From NCBI GenBank assembly GCA_016937795.1, contig JAFGVV010000065.1, forward strand, positions 6,429-70,428: 64,000 nt of DNA, read 5' to 3'. This stretch comes from Paludibacteraceae bacterium. Its GTDB lineage: Bacteria; Bacteroidota; Bacteroidia; Bacteroidales; Paludibacteraceae. The notes under the pieces were generated by a model. The model saw nothing but the letters and a program-made list of their open reading frames with translations, had not been told where the DNA came from and ran no database searches. A program made the translations under genes and the position numbers. Of the stretch, positions 18,943 through 28,884 are shown piece by piece. Positions within the stretch are counted from its first letter, which is position 1. Each line of letters opens with the position of its first letter.

Positions 18943-19923
18943 TTACTTATCAGTTTTAGTTCCACCTGATGGTTTCGCAATGTTTTCGCGCATCGAAGTA
19001 TCAGCTTCTATATTTTTCATTTTGTAATAATCCATAATTCCGAGATTTCCACTACGGAATGCTTCGGCCATTGCTTTTGGTACATCGGCTTCAGCTTCGA
19101 TAACCTTAGCACGCATTTCCTGCGATCTGGCTTTCATTTCCTGTTCGGTAGCCACGGCCATTGCACGACGTTCTTCGGCTTTTGCCTGTGCAATGTTCTT
19201 GTCTGCTTCGGCCTGATCCATCTGGAGCTGAGCACCAATGTTTTTACCTATGTCGATATCCGCGATGTCAATGGAAAGGATTTCGAAAGCAGTTCCGGCA
19301 TCCAACCCTTTTTTCAAAACAAGTTTCGAAATGGAATCAGGATTTTCGAGTACACTTTTGTGTGATTCGCTCGAACCGATTGACGATACAATACCTTCGC
19401 CTACACGAGCCAGAATAGTTTCTTCGCCTGCACCACCCACGAGTTGTTTGATGTTGGCACGCACGGTTACACGGGCTTTAGCAATCAGCTGAATACCATC
19501 TTTAGCCACTGCAGCTACAGGAGGTGTGTCGATTACTTTAGGATTTACCGACATTTGTACGGCCTGAAATACATCACGTCCGGCAAGGTCGATGGCTGTT
19601 GCCATTTTGAAAGTAAGGTCAATATTGGCTTTTGATGCTGATACCAGCGCATGAACTACACGTTCGATATGACCACCAGCAAGATAATGCGCTTCAAGTC
19701 CGTCACGTTTTACTTCGGGCAGATCGGCTTTGTGAGCTTCAATCATACAGGCCACAATGGTGTGAGGTGGCACTTTACGAATGCGCATCAGAAAAAGTTG
19801 AATGAGCGAAATGTTTACGCCCGACACTTTGGCTGATATCCAAAGTAGGAACGGAACGTAATAGAAAAAAAGGAGTAGCAATACACCCAATATTACTAAA
19901 CCAACAATTTCAATTCCAAGCAT
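18943..19923 (-). CDS. floA: Flotillin-like protein FloA (YqfA/UPF0365)
   Basis: [45 protein letters not shown] and [14 protein letters not shown]. Confidence 0.95.
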   Translation of the reverse strand: MLGIEIVGLVILGVLLLLFFYYVPFLLWISAKVSGVNISLIQLFLMRIRKVPPHTIVACMIEAHKADLPEVKRDGLEAHYLAGGHIERVVHALVSASKANIDLTFKMATAIDLAGRDVFQAVQMSVNPKVIDTPPVAAVAKDGIQLIAKARVTVRANIKQLVGGAGEETILARVGEGIVSSIGSSESHKSVLENPDSISKLVLKKGLDAGTAFEILSIDIADIDIGKNIGAQLQMDQAEADKNIAQAKAEERRAMAVATEQEMKARSQEMRAKVIEAEADVPKAMAEAFRSGNLGIMDYYKMKNIEADTSMRENIAKPSGGTKTDK

Positions 19924-19972
19924 AATTTTGATGTTTTTTAAAGTTAGTATTTGTTTTTAATTTTTTCATCCC

Positions 19973-20446
19973 TCATCCCTCATCTGTTCGTTCTACCACC
20001 ACGTTGGTATTGAGTACTTCAACTACTGTCACCGATTCGCCTTCGTCGATAAAATCGTCGTAGGTTTTTGCTTCCACTAAATGACCGTTGATTTTAATAC
20101 GACCCATAGGAGCAAGTCTCGAAGCACAGATTCCCCTGTCTCCGATATTGATTATAATACCATTAAGTGGATCATTTTTTCCTTCTATTTCAGTTTTAAG
20201 CGACATTTTGTCGAGCGCTTTTGACCGAATGAATATATAAACTGCAATGGCTAAAAGGATAAGCCCGCCTGCCAGTGTTAAGTGACCAGCTGTGTTGTCA
20301 ATAGCTGTGTATGCATAATACACAGCTCCACCCATGAAAATTGTTCCTGCTATGCCGGCTACAGAAACGCCCGGTATAAGAAAAAGTTCGAGCAGGAAAA
20401 AAATTACCCCCATTAAGAGTAATAAAAGGACTATTGTAATTTCCAT
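19973..20446 (-). CDS. nfeD: Short NfeD-family membrane protein (TM helices plus OB fold)
   Basis: LELFLIPG..VAGI N-terminal helices and a C-terminal LAPMGRIKING OB fold; lies directly upstream of floA. Confidence 0.9.
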   Translation of the reverse strand: MEITIVLLLLLMGVIFFLLELFLIPGVSVAGIAGTIFMGGAVYYAYTAIDNTAGHLTLAGGLILLAIAVYIFIRSKALDKMSLKTEIEGKNDPLNGIIINIGDRGICASRLAPMGRIKINGHLVEAKTYDDFIDEGESVTVVEVLNTNVVVERTDEG

Positions 20447-20490
20447 TTTCTTAATATTTATGGTAAAAGTACGAATATTTTTTTAGAAAA

Positions 20491-21930
20491 CTAATTTTTG
20501 TCTATAAATTTTATTTCTTCATTTGCCGCTTGTAAATATTTGTTTTCCATGATGCTTTCGTTATTTATCCATAGTTGTTCTTTTGTGCTGATAATTCCGG
20601 ACAGTTTTTGCCTGTCTGCATCGTTCAATGTTTCACTTGCAAATTCAGATCTTAATTTGAATAGTTCTTGCGCAAGATTTTTTTGTATCTCATTTAGTGA
20701 AATCCATTCGCGAAACAAACCTAAGGCCTTCATACTTTGAAACTGGTCGAGTTGTCGATAAACCAACGAGTCGTTAATTACGACGAAAAATTCTTTTTCT
20801 GTAATTTCGGTTAATTCATTGGTCGGTTCATTTGTTTTTTTGAATTTGTTTTTGTCTGCATTGCGATATTTAATAAGTTGAGCAACCATTCGGTTTGCAT
20901 CTTCATCGTCCGAACGATAGTATTTTTTTGGCTGATTGATTTCAAATCTGTAAATCACTATTTTTCCGCCAGGCTGATGTCTATCTGTAGCAAACCATCC
21001 TGACTTTTGAAGATCGTCGATTACCATCATATAATCGTTTGCCGTTGAGTTGAATGGGAATCCGACATTTTCTGGATTCAGATAATCTTTGGTAGGAGGT
21101 GAGTAACGCGTGTAAAAAATATCATAACCACCCAACGAGTTTTCGCCATCTGATGTGTAATATAGTGTAAGGCCGTCTAGTAACAAAAACGGATAGTTTT
21201 CATTCGCTGCTGTATTAATGTTTTTCGAAATGGAAACGGGTTTCGACCATTCGTCGAGAAGTTTGTATGAAGTGAAAATATCCATATTTCCTTTTATCGA
21301 ATCCGAGAAATACGATCGGTCGCCACGTTCGGTTGTATAGGTGATTTTGTCGTGAATTTGTTTATTTATCAGTCGGATTCGCTCATGAGTTAAGGAGCCT
21401 GTTTCCCGGCTTTGTTTGTAAAAACGCAGAAATTCATTTTTATTTACCACAATGCTGTCGATAATCGCAATGTCTTCCACGCGATTGAGAAGCCGTTCAC
21501 CAAGTTCCGATTTGCGTATTTTTTGCTGAAATTCGGGAATCCTTTTGTCTTCAGGATCAAGGCTTTCTATGTATGTATGGTATGCTTCCACCGACTTAGC
21601 AAATCGATAGGTCTGGAAATACACTTCGCCGAGATACATGGGTGTAAGTGGGTATCGTGTGCCCGAAAGTTCGAAATGTGTGATAGCAGTTTCGTAATCT
21701 TTCAGCTCGTAGCAGCAACGGGCATAACGGTAGTTGTTCAACGCATCTTTAGGGTTACGCTTGAGCAATGCGCCATACACCGTTTTGGCTTTGGCATACT
21801 GACGACTGTTGAAAAGGTTTTCGCCTTCAGCAGCATTTTGAGCAGCTAATTCTGAAAAAATAAAAGTACTTAAAAAAATAACGATTAAAAGTTTGAAATT
21901 ACGCATTTTACAAATGAAATTATTTATCAA
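20491..21930 (-). CDS. Secreted tetratricopeptide-repeat protein with PD40/WD40-like repeats
   Basis: N-terminal TPRs, then NENYPFLLLDGLTLYY, SLGGYDIFYT, NVGFPFNSTANDY and WFATDR. The start may be 21906. Confidence 0.8.
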   Translation of the reverse strand: MINNFICKMRNFKLLIVIFLSTFIFSELAAQNAAEGENLFNSRQYAKAKTVYGALLKRNPKDALNNYRYARCCYELKDYETAITHFELSGTRYPLTPMYLGEVYFQTYRFAKSVEAYHTYIESLDPEDKRIPEFQQKIRKSELGERLLNRVEDIAIIDSIVVNKNEFLRFYKQSRETGSLTHERIRLINKQIHDKITYTTERGDRSYFSDSIKGNMDIFTSYKLLDEWSKPVSISKNINTAANENYPFLLLDGLTLYYTSDGENSLGGYDIFYTRYSPPTKDYLNPENVGFPFNSTANDYMMVIDDLQKSGWFATDRHQPGGKIVIYRFEINQPKKYYRSDDEDANRMVAQLIKYRNADKNKFKKTNEPTNELTEITEKEFFVVINDSLVYRQLDQFQSMKALGLFREWISLNEIQKNLAQELFKLRSEFASETLNDADRQKLSGIISTKEQLWINNESIMENKYLQAANEEIKFIDKN

Positions 21931-21949
21931 TGTTTTTATTGTATATGTT

Positions 21950-24682
21950 TTAAAAATCAGTCTTTTCCGAGGCTTTGTCTATCAGTTTCTGAGCTTCTTC
22001 CTGAGCTTTTTGGTTGAGTACGTCGGCTTGTTTTTGTGCTTCTTCAATGAGTTTCGCGGCAGCAGCTTTTGCAATTCCTTTGGTTATCGGGTTTGTAGTT
22101 TGTTCAATCAGTTTATCGCCTTGCTTTTTAGCTTCTGCTATGAGCTTTTCGCCTTGTTCGGAAGCCGTTTTTATAAGTCTGTCGGCCTGAATGCGGGCTA
22201 AAGCGACTGCCTTCTCTTTTTCTTTTCTGGCTTCTTCGATGGCTGCATCTTTTACATCTTCAATTTTTTCGACAATGGCAGTTTCTACTTTTTCAACAGT
22301 TTCTTTCACAATTTCGTTCAGCGTGTTGAATAAATCTACTTTTACTGTTGGTTTGCTGAAAGTGCCACCAATACTTACATTAAATACGGAAAGCCGTCCG
22401 AATTTGTATTTGTCGGGAAGCTGAATTTTTCCATTGTAATTAATGGTTTTGTCGTATCCGGTAATTCCACTGAGCGTCAGCCATGTGTCCCAAAGTTTCA
22501 GACTGAAAGGTTTTGTAATCATTTTTCCGTCTACAAACTCAAATGTCATGCCCGCTTCGTCAATTTCTACCGGAAAGACTTCGTTTTTCTTCACAGCTTT
22601 CAGAATGGTTTCCAATACTTTCAGATTGTCGATACTTATGGAGCCTGCCGAAAGACTTCCATCGCCATTCAGTGTTTGAAGAACTGGTGACATGCCTGCA
22701 CCCATTTTTGTGTCCAACAATAAACCGGCCGAAAATTCACCAGAAGCTTTCTCGAACACGGGCACATATTTACGTAAAGTCTCTACCTGACTGAAAATCT
22801 GTTTGAAAACCACATCGTCCAGATTGATTTTCATTTGCAGCGAAGGCTGTATGGTGTCGGTGCTATTGTAATTAACGCTCATTTTCATTTTTCCACCGAA
22901 AGCATCAGTGCTCAGATTGTGAATCTGAAGTTGACGGTTACCCATAGAGAGCGAGGCTTTGCTCTGGCTGAGAAGCATTTCGGCAAATGTAAGTTTCTCC
23001 ACACTGGCATCGATAGTTATATTTATATTTGCCGGAATCACGATGGTTTTCATGGCTGGCTGAATACTGTCGGGCGTTGCATTGTTTTTTGATTTTCCCG
23101 AATTGTCTTCGGTCAGGAAATCGTTCATATTCAGATACTGCGAACTTGCTTTCAGTTGTCCTTTCAATTCGGAATCGTAAAGCAGATAGCCGATGAAATT
23201 TTCAACACGCCCGTAAAGACTCAGGTCGTTTTGTCCATACTTCACTTGTAGCTGACTGATCTCGGCAAAACGGTTGCTAAATTTCAACTCAGCCCGCGGA
23301 ATCTCTGTTTTTTGAGCCAACATGGAGGTCTGAAGCAGCACATTGCCGGCATTCAGGAAACCATTGAATCTGAATTTGTCGTACTGATTGGCCGAGAACC
23401 ATGATTTTCGTCCGTAAACGTCCAGGTTCATATCGAGCATTCCCTGAATATCTGTTTTTTCGTCGAGCGGGTAAATTTTAGCAATGTACGAAGTGTTCAG
23501 TTTTCCCACAGCATTCAGCGTTATAGCGGGGTCGGAGACAGGTTGCGAAACCGAAAGCGAAGCCCTGAAAGGATTTCCCCCCAGCATAAACGAGAAGTTC
23601 GAAATGTCGATTCGCGTATCGTCGAGTGTGCGACCGGGATTTTGTATGCGCGCTTCCACATTTATGTTTTCCAAGCGCGATGGCAATGCCGTATACTGAA
23701 ACCATGCATTTTTGGCGCTGATGCCAATGTCAAAAGCCGGATAAAAATCGCCCACCCATTTACCTTTTGCAATCCCTGAAATATTCACTTCGCCACCGGT
23801 TTTCAGGTCGGCAAACGATTTGCTGTACATGGCCGGAATTACCGAAAGCAGCGATTTGAAATCCACATCTCCGGCATTCAGTTTAAAATCCATGTCCCAA
23901 CCTTCGGGAATACTCTGAAGCCAACCATCGATTGAAAATGGCAGTGCGTTGAGCTTCGAACTGTTGCGACTGATTTTGAAAATCATATCGTTGAGGTTGG
24001 CATCAATGTCGGCAATAAGTTCAGCCTGAGCATTGTGCACGTAAGCTATTCCGTCCCATATAAAACTCAGCGAGTCGCAGCTTGTGCGGGTAACAAGCAA
24101 TGAACTATCCGCCGTTAAATCGCCTGTGGTGCTGTGATTTACATTCTTTAGAATAAAGTCAATATCTCCCTTTTCGTAGAGATAATAAATGTCGGCGTTG
24201 TTAATCACAAACGATTTGAGTTTCCAGTGAAAATTCATATCGCTGGTGTCGGTGGTCGCAGTGCTGTCGGTTTTCATTATTTTCCAGTTGGCCCGCCCGC
24301 CTTCGAGCACGCGCACCACTACTTTCGAATCATTGAACTCCATTTTGCGGATATCGTAACCTGTATCGCTAAAAAGGCTTTTCAGGTTGATGCTCAGATC
24401 GATGTTTTTGCTGAAAATAAGCGTGTCGTTTACGAATTCATCTTTTCCGGAAATATAAAAATCCTCGAATCGTACCGAAGCGTATGGAAAGCTGCGGATA
24501 AGGCTGATGTTCACATCGCTGAAATCAACCTCTGCGTTCAGATATTTGTTGAGTTCGGTTTTGGCACGCTCAATAATTTTGTCGCGCAAAAGCCAGGGCA
24601 GCACAATGATCCCTGCTGCCAAAAGAAAAAACAGACCGGCAAAAATAAAGGCCAATAAACGTAAGTTTTTTTTCTTTTTCAT
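21950..24682 (-). CDS. AsmA-family (AsmA-like) protein
   Basis: N-terminal TM anchor, long beta-rich body (LNAEVDFSDVNISLIRSFP) and an amphipathic helical C-terminal tail; 910 aa. Confidence 0.85.
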   Translation of the reverse strand: MKKKKNLRLLAFIFAGLFFLLAAGIIVLPWLLRDKIIERAKTELNKYLNAEVDFSDVNISLIRSFPYASVRFEDFYISGKDEFVNDTLIFSKNIDLSINLKSLFSDTGYDIRKMEFNDSKVVVRVLEGGRANWKIMKTDSTATTDTSDMNFHWKLKSFVINNADIYYLYEKGDIDFILKNVNHSTTGDLTADSSLLVTRTSCDSLSFIWDGIAYVHNAQAELIADIDANLNDMIFKISRNSSKLNALPFSIDGWLQSIPEGWDMDFKLNAGDVDFKSLLSVIPAMYSKSFADLKTGGEVNISGIAKGKWVGDFYPAFDIGISAKNAWFQYTALPSRLENINVEARIQNPGRTLDDTRIDISNFSFMLGGNPFRASLSVSQPVSDPAITLNAVGKLNTSYIAKIYPLDEKTDIQGMLDMNLDVYGRKSWFSANQYDKFRFNGFLNAGNVLLQTSMLAQKTEIPRAELKFSNRFAEISQLQVKYGQNDLSLYGRVENFIGYLLYDSELKGQLKASSQYLNMNDFLTEDNSGKSKNNATPDSIQPAMKTIVIPANINITIDASVEKLTFAEMLLSQSKASLSMGNRQLQIHNLSTDAFGGKMKMSVNYNSTDTIQPSLQMKINLDDVVFKQIFSQVETLRKYVPVFEKASGEFSAGLLLDTKMGAGMSPVLQTLNGDGSLSAGSISIDNLKVLETILKAVKKNEVFPVEIDEAGMTFEFVDGKMITKPFSLKLWDTWLTLSGITGYDKTINYNGKIQLPDKYKFGRLSVFNVSIGGTFSKPTVKVDLFNTLNEIVKETVEKVETAIVEKIEDVKDAAIEEARKEKEKAVALARIQADRLIKTASEQGEKLIAEAKKQGDKLIEQTTNPITKGIAKAAAAKLIEEAQKQADVLNQKAQEEAQKLIDKASEKTDF

Positions 24683-24835
24683 TTTAAAGTTAGTTCTTAA
24701 AACTCATTTTCTGAACTATACTTTGCAAAGATAACATTTTCAATTTGAACTAATAACTTTCAGTTGACTGATATTTATGATAAAATTCTGTATTGTTTGT
24801 GAATGTATTGTTTTAATTACTTGCTTTGATTAATA

Positions 24836-24875
24836 AAAAAATCCTCCAATGCTTTTTGAGCAAAGGAGGATTTTT
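24836..24875 (-). terminator. Terminator downstream of ddh
   Basis: AAAAATCCTCC...GGAGGATTTTT stem. Confidence 0.75.
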
Positions 24876-24894
24876 GAGACTTATAAATTAATTA

Positions 24895-25797
24895 TTAAAC
24901 GAGACTACGGATAAGCGATTCTTTTTCGCCGTAAAGCAAGTTAATCATTGGAATTTCAATCATGGTATAAGCGCCCGGAGCTGTACGTTTAGTCGCACGT
25001 GCGCAGGCAACCAGAATCTGGGCAGTAAGCGCAGGATTGTTGATTTTCATATTGAACTCGAAAAGCTGATTGTAAGTGGTGCCCGAAACGCCTTTACGAA
25101 CCAGATTTACGCCATGTCCCATATCTACCAGATTATCCACATCTTCTACCTGAAAAACATGTGTTTCGTCGTGTGCAAAATATTCGTCGGCTTTGATGGC
25201 TGCAGCTACATTTTCGAATTTATAACCGTCTTTCAGTTCAATATAAACCATGCGGCGATGAATGCCTGTGCCTAATGGAATGGTCATCGAAAGTGCTTTT
25301 TTCACCCCTTCAATGGCTTTTACAGCTACAGTGTGACCCATGCTCATTCCCGGTCCGAAATTGGTGTAAGTGATTCCTTTAGGAGCAACTGCCTGAAGCA
25401 AAGCGCGTACAACTGAGTCGCTTCCCGGATCCCAACCTGCCGAAATAATGGCTACAGTGTTATTGGCCTGTGCAATGGGCTCAAGTCCCTGACGAAGATC
25501 CCAAATGCCACCATGAATATCGTAGCTGTCTACAGTATTGATGCCAAGTGCCAGAAGTTCTTTGGCTTGCGCAGGTACGCTGCGTGTTGGCGAGCAAAGA
25601 ATGGCTACATCTACCTTGTCGAGTTTCTTAATGTCGTCCACCACTGGAATATTGCTCAGTTCGGCAGGATTGTTTCCTACTGACGATGCGCGACGTACAA
25701 CGCCGGCTACTTCGAAATCGGGAGCTGCCTGCAAGGCTTCGAGTACCGATTTTCCGATATTGCCATAACCCACGATGGCAGCACGAATTTTAGTCAT
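24895..25797 (-). CDS. ddh: meso-diaminopimelate D-dehydrogenase
   Basis: Rossmann motif AIVGYGNIG, INTVDSYDIH, SAGWDPGSDS, TNFGPGMSMGH and HRRMVY. Confidence 0.93.
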   Translation of the reverse strand: MTKIRAAIVGYGNIGKSVLEALQAAPDFEVAGVVRRASSVGNNPAELSNIPVVDDIKKLDKVDVAILCSPTRSVPAQAKELLALGINTVDSYDIHGGIWDLRQGLEPIAQANNTVAIISAGWDPGSDSVVRALLQAVAPKGITYTNFGPGMSMGHTVAVKAIEGVKKALSMTIPLGTGIHRRMVYIELKDGYKFENVAAAIKADEYFAHDETHVFQVEDVDNLVDMGHGVNLVRKGVSGTTYNQLFEFNMKINNPALTAQILVACARATKRTAPGAYTMIEIPMINLLYGEKESLIRSLV

Positions 25798-25976
25798 AAT
25801 GTCAATTATTTTAGTTTTATTGTTTACAGGGGCGCAAATTTAGTTATAAATATGAAATGTTTCAGTGAAATTGGCGACTAATTTTATATTTTAAAGAATT
25901 TGAATAATAAATAGTTGATATTTTGCTGTTTTGTATTTCAGAATGAAATAATTTTTCCTTCTTAAATAAAATAATG

Positions 25977-26543
25977 TTACTTGTTGGTTTTTCGAAGATT
26001 GTGAATCTTTACATTAAGGCTTTTTAGAATTTCGTTCAATGTTACCTCCTGAGCATTATTTTCCAGAGCTTTTAAAGCAATACGTGCACAAACTTCGGCA
26101 TCGTCGCCGGCACGGTGATGATTAAAATGCAGTCCTAAATGTTGTGCCACAGCGCCTAACGAATGACTTGGCAGCTCTTTCCATATTCTGCGCGAGAGAC
26201 TTACGCTGCAAAAATATTCTGAATAGGGTGTTGCTAAATCGTAATAAGCCAGAGCTGCTCTTAAAACGCTCATATCAAATGCTGCATTGTGCGCTACAAG
26301 TATCCGGTCGTCGAAATAGGGATGAATTTCATTCCAAAGTGTTCCAAAATCTGGTGCATCAACCAGTTCTGCCGACGAAATCCTGTGAACGCGCTCATTC
26401 CATGGATTCATGTAAGGAAAACATGCGGGCTTTATCAACCACGAACGGCTTTCGGTAATTTGTCCGTTTTCAACCACGGTAAGCCCTATTTCGCAGGGAA
26501 ATGAGGCGTGGGCGGTTTCGAAATCGATGGCGGTAAATGTCAT
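25977..26543 (-). CDS. DEDDh 3'-5' exonuclease (DnaQ-like)
   Basis: AIDFET, VAHNAAFD and HHRAGDDA motifs. Confidence 0.9.
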   Translation of the reverse strand: MTFTAIDFETAHASFPCEIGLTVVENGQITESRSWLIKPACFPYMNPWNERVHRISSAELVDAPDFGTLWNEIHPYFDDRILVAHNAAFDMSVLRAALAYYDLATPYSEYFCSVSLSRRIWKELPSHSLGAVAQHLGLHFNHHRAGDDAEVCARIALKALENNAQEVTLNEILKSLNVKIHNLRKTNK

Positions 26544-26566
26544 TTGTATTTTGGATGTGGGGGGGG

Positions 26567-26598
26567 GATTGGTTGATCAGTTAATCAGCTGATTAGTT
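26567..26598. repeat. Degenerate tandem 8-mer array (GATTGGTT GATCAGTT AATCAGCT GATTAGTT)
   Basis: Read directly; includes the perfect palindrome AATCAGCTGATT (26583-26594). Confidence 0.55.
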
Positions 26599-26668
26599 TT
26601 TCGGTTATTAAGTTGCCAATCCAACTATAAAACTGATAGAAATCACCACAGTTGATTAGACGCTCGTT

Positions 26669-26698
26669 CCCTCCCCTTGGGGGAGGGTTAGGGAGGGG
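26669..26698. repeat. G/C-rich REP-like palindrome CCCTCCCC-TTG-GGGGAGGG-TTAGGGAGGGG
   Basis: 8-bp perfect stem plus a G-rich tail, 1 nt from the BCCP stop codon. Confidence 0.75.
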
Positions 26699-26699
26699 C

Positions 26700-27287
26700 T
26701 TACACGTCAATCGACTGAATTTCAACCAAAAGTTCGTCTTTCATAACCGATTGTCCTGTCTGTACTTTGATTTTGCGTATCACTCCGTTGCAGTTTGCCG
26801 TAATTTCATTCTGCATTTTCATGGCTTCCAGTGTAAGTATGGGTTCGCCCTTGTTTACCAGATCGCCTTCGGCCAGAAACAAATCTACAATTTTCCCGGG
26901 CATGGGTGCAATGATATTGTTTTCGTCAATTTTGTTGGCATCGGAATTAATCATTCCGCGACGAACATACGAAAAAATAGATTCAAGACTGAATTTATAT
27001 TCCACACCATTCACTTTTATGACGGCTTTGTTTTGGTCGCGCGACACAAGTTCACAGTGAAAGCGTTTGCCTTTCCAGTCGAAAGCGTAGTGCAGATCTT
27101 CCTGTTCCACAAAGTCAATGTCGAGCTCATGACCGTTAATTACAGGGTTCGACTCTTTTGGAATATAAAGTTTGAAGCGTTTGCCATTGTCGCGAAGCGC
27201 AATGAAAAGTCGCGATGCATCGCGTTTGTATATATATGAAGTTCCCATACAGGTATTTACAATTTTATTATCCGCCACGGCGGACAT
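26700..27287 (-). CDS. Biotin carboxyl carrier protein with an N-terminal extension
   Basis: APMPGKI and EAMKMQNEI biotinylation motif. Confidence 0.92.
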   Translation of the reverse strand: MSAVADNKIVNTCMGTSYIYKRDASRLFIALRDNGKRFKLYIPKESNPVINGHELDIDFVEQEDLHYAFDWKGKRFHCELVSRDQNKAVIKVNGVEYKFSLESIFSYVRRGMINSDANKIDENNIIAPMPGKIVDLFLAEGDLVNKGEPILTLEAMKMQNEITANCNGVIRKIKVQTGQSVMKDELLVEIQSIDV

Positions 27288-27338
27288 GTTTTACAATTTA
27301 CAATTAGCCAATCAACTGATTATCTGAAATGCCATTTA

Positions 27339-28844
27339 TCAGTAATTCAGTCTCTTATTAAGTACCCAAACGTTCAAACGATCGCTTTTGTAACTTGGAA
27401 TGTCCGAAGAAAGTTGCAAATATTCAGAAGCATACATAATAGTAGCAGCCAATGCGCCAATCATTTCTTCTTCTTCGTTTTCGAGCATTTCGGGTGTGAA
27501 AACTGAATCGACCCAACGCGTGGTGTAGCTTGCATCCACAAAATCGGGATGTCTGAGTACTGTGCGACAAAACGGAACTGTGGTTTTCAGACCAATCATC
27601 GTGAAATTCTCGAGTGCGTTCAGCGTTTTTTCAATCGCATCCTGACGCTCGGTGCCATGTACAATGATTTTCGCTATCATCGAATCGAAATACGGAGTCA
27701 CCACAGCGCCACTTTGCACACCTGTTTCAATACGGATGTGGTCGCCGGTCGGAAACTGAATCTTGTCGATAAAGCCTGTTTGTGGACTGAAACGATTTTG
27801 CGGATCTTCTGTATTGACGCGGCATTCGATGGCCCAACCATTTAGTTTTATATCGTTTTGTGTAATTGTGAGTTTTTCGCCAAGTGCCACACGTATTTGC
27901 CAATCGACCAAATCCACACCTGTAATCATTTCGCTTACAGGATGTTCAACCTGAATGCGCGTGTTCATCTCCATAAAATAATACGAACCATCCTCATCCA
28001 TAATAAATTCGATGGTTCCTGCGGAATAATAACCAATGGCTTTTGCAAAACGCACAGCCATTTCACCCATTTCTTTCCGCATTTGTTCGGTGACTGATGC
28101 CGAAGGAGCTTCTTCCACAATTTTTTGATGTTTGCGTTGAAGTGAGCATTCACGTTCGCCCAAATGAATCACATTACCGTGTTTATCGCCCATTATCTGA
28201 AATTCAAGATGTTTAGGGTTTTGCAGATATTTTTCAATAAACATATCGCCATTGCCAAATGCGGCCAATGCTTCGTCGGATGCTGATTTGAACTGACGTT
28301 CAATGGTTTCGGGTTTTTCCACAATGCGCATTCCGCGTCCGCCACCACCAGCCGAAGCTTTCAAAATTACGGGATAGCCAATGCTGTCGGCAAAAGTTTT
28401 CGCAGCAGCTGCATCTTTCACAGGGCCGTCGCTGCCGGGCACCAATGGCAAACCGGCTTTAATAGCCATGCTTTTAGCCACAGTTTTCAGTCCCATGTCG
28501 CGAATAAGTTGTGGCGATGGACCGATAAAGTTGATGCCGTTATTTTCACAAAGCAGTGCAAAATCAGGATTTTCAGATAAAAACCCATAGCCCGGATGAA
28601 TCATGTCAATTCCGTGTTCGAGCGCCAGTTTTACAATTTTTTCGGGATTCAGGAAAACCGGTTTCTCATCGCCGGCATCTTTTGCCGGAATCACTTCGTC
28701 GGCATATTGCAGGTAAAGCGCATCCGGTTCGCGGTCGCTCTGAAAAACCACCGCTACTATTCCCAGTTTGTGTGCCGATCGGATTATGCGAATAGCAATT
28801 TCGCTTCTGTTTGCAATTAAAAGTCTTTTTTTCATTCGATTCAC
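27339..28844 (-). CDS. accC: Biotin carboxylase subunit of an acyl-CoA carboxylase
   Basis: IANRSEIA, HPGYGFLSEN, KASAGGGGRG, ERECSLQRKHQK, EMNTRIQVEHPV and FDSMIAK. Confidence 0.93.
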   Translation of the reverse strand: MNRMKKRLLIANRSEIAIRIIRSAHKLGIVAVVFQSDREPDALYLQYADEVIPAKDAGDEKPVFLNPEKIVKLALEHGIDMIHPGYGFLSENPDFALLCENNGINFIGPSPQLIRDMGLKTVAKSMAIKAGLPLVPGSDGPVKDAAAAKTFADSIGYPVILKASAGGGGRGMRIVEKPETIERQFKSASDEALAAFGNGDMFIEKYLQNPKHLEFQIMGDKHGNVIHLGERECSLQRKHQKIVEEAPSASVTEQMRKEMGEMAVRFAKAIGYYSAGTIEFIMDEDGSYYFMEMNTRIQVEHPVSEMITGVDLVDWQIRVALGEKLTITQNDIKLNGWAIECRVNTEDPQNRFSPQTGFIDKIQFPTGDHIRIETGVQSGAVVTPYFDSMIAKIIVHGTERQDAIEKTLNALENFTMIGLKTTVPFCRTVLRHPDFVDASYTTRWVDSVFTPEMLENEEEEMIGALAATIMYASEYLQLSSDIPSYKSDRLNVWVLNKRLNY

Positions 28845-28884
28845 TTTAAAAAGTATCGTGTTCTTTTATTTATCAGGGTTGTTT

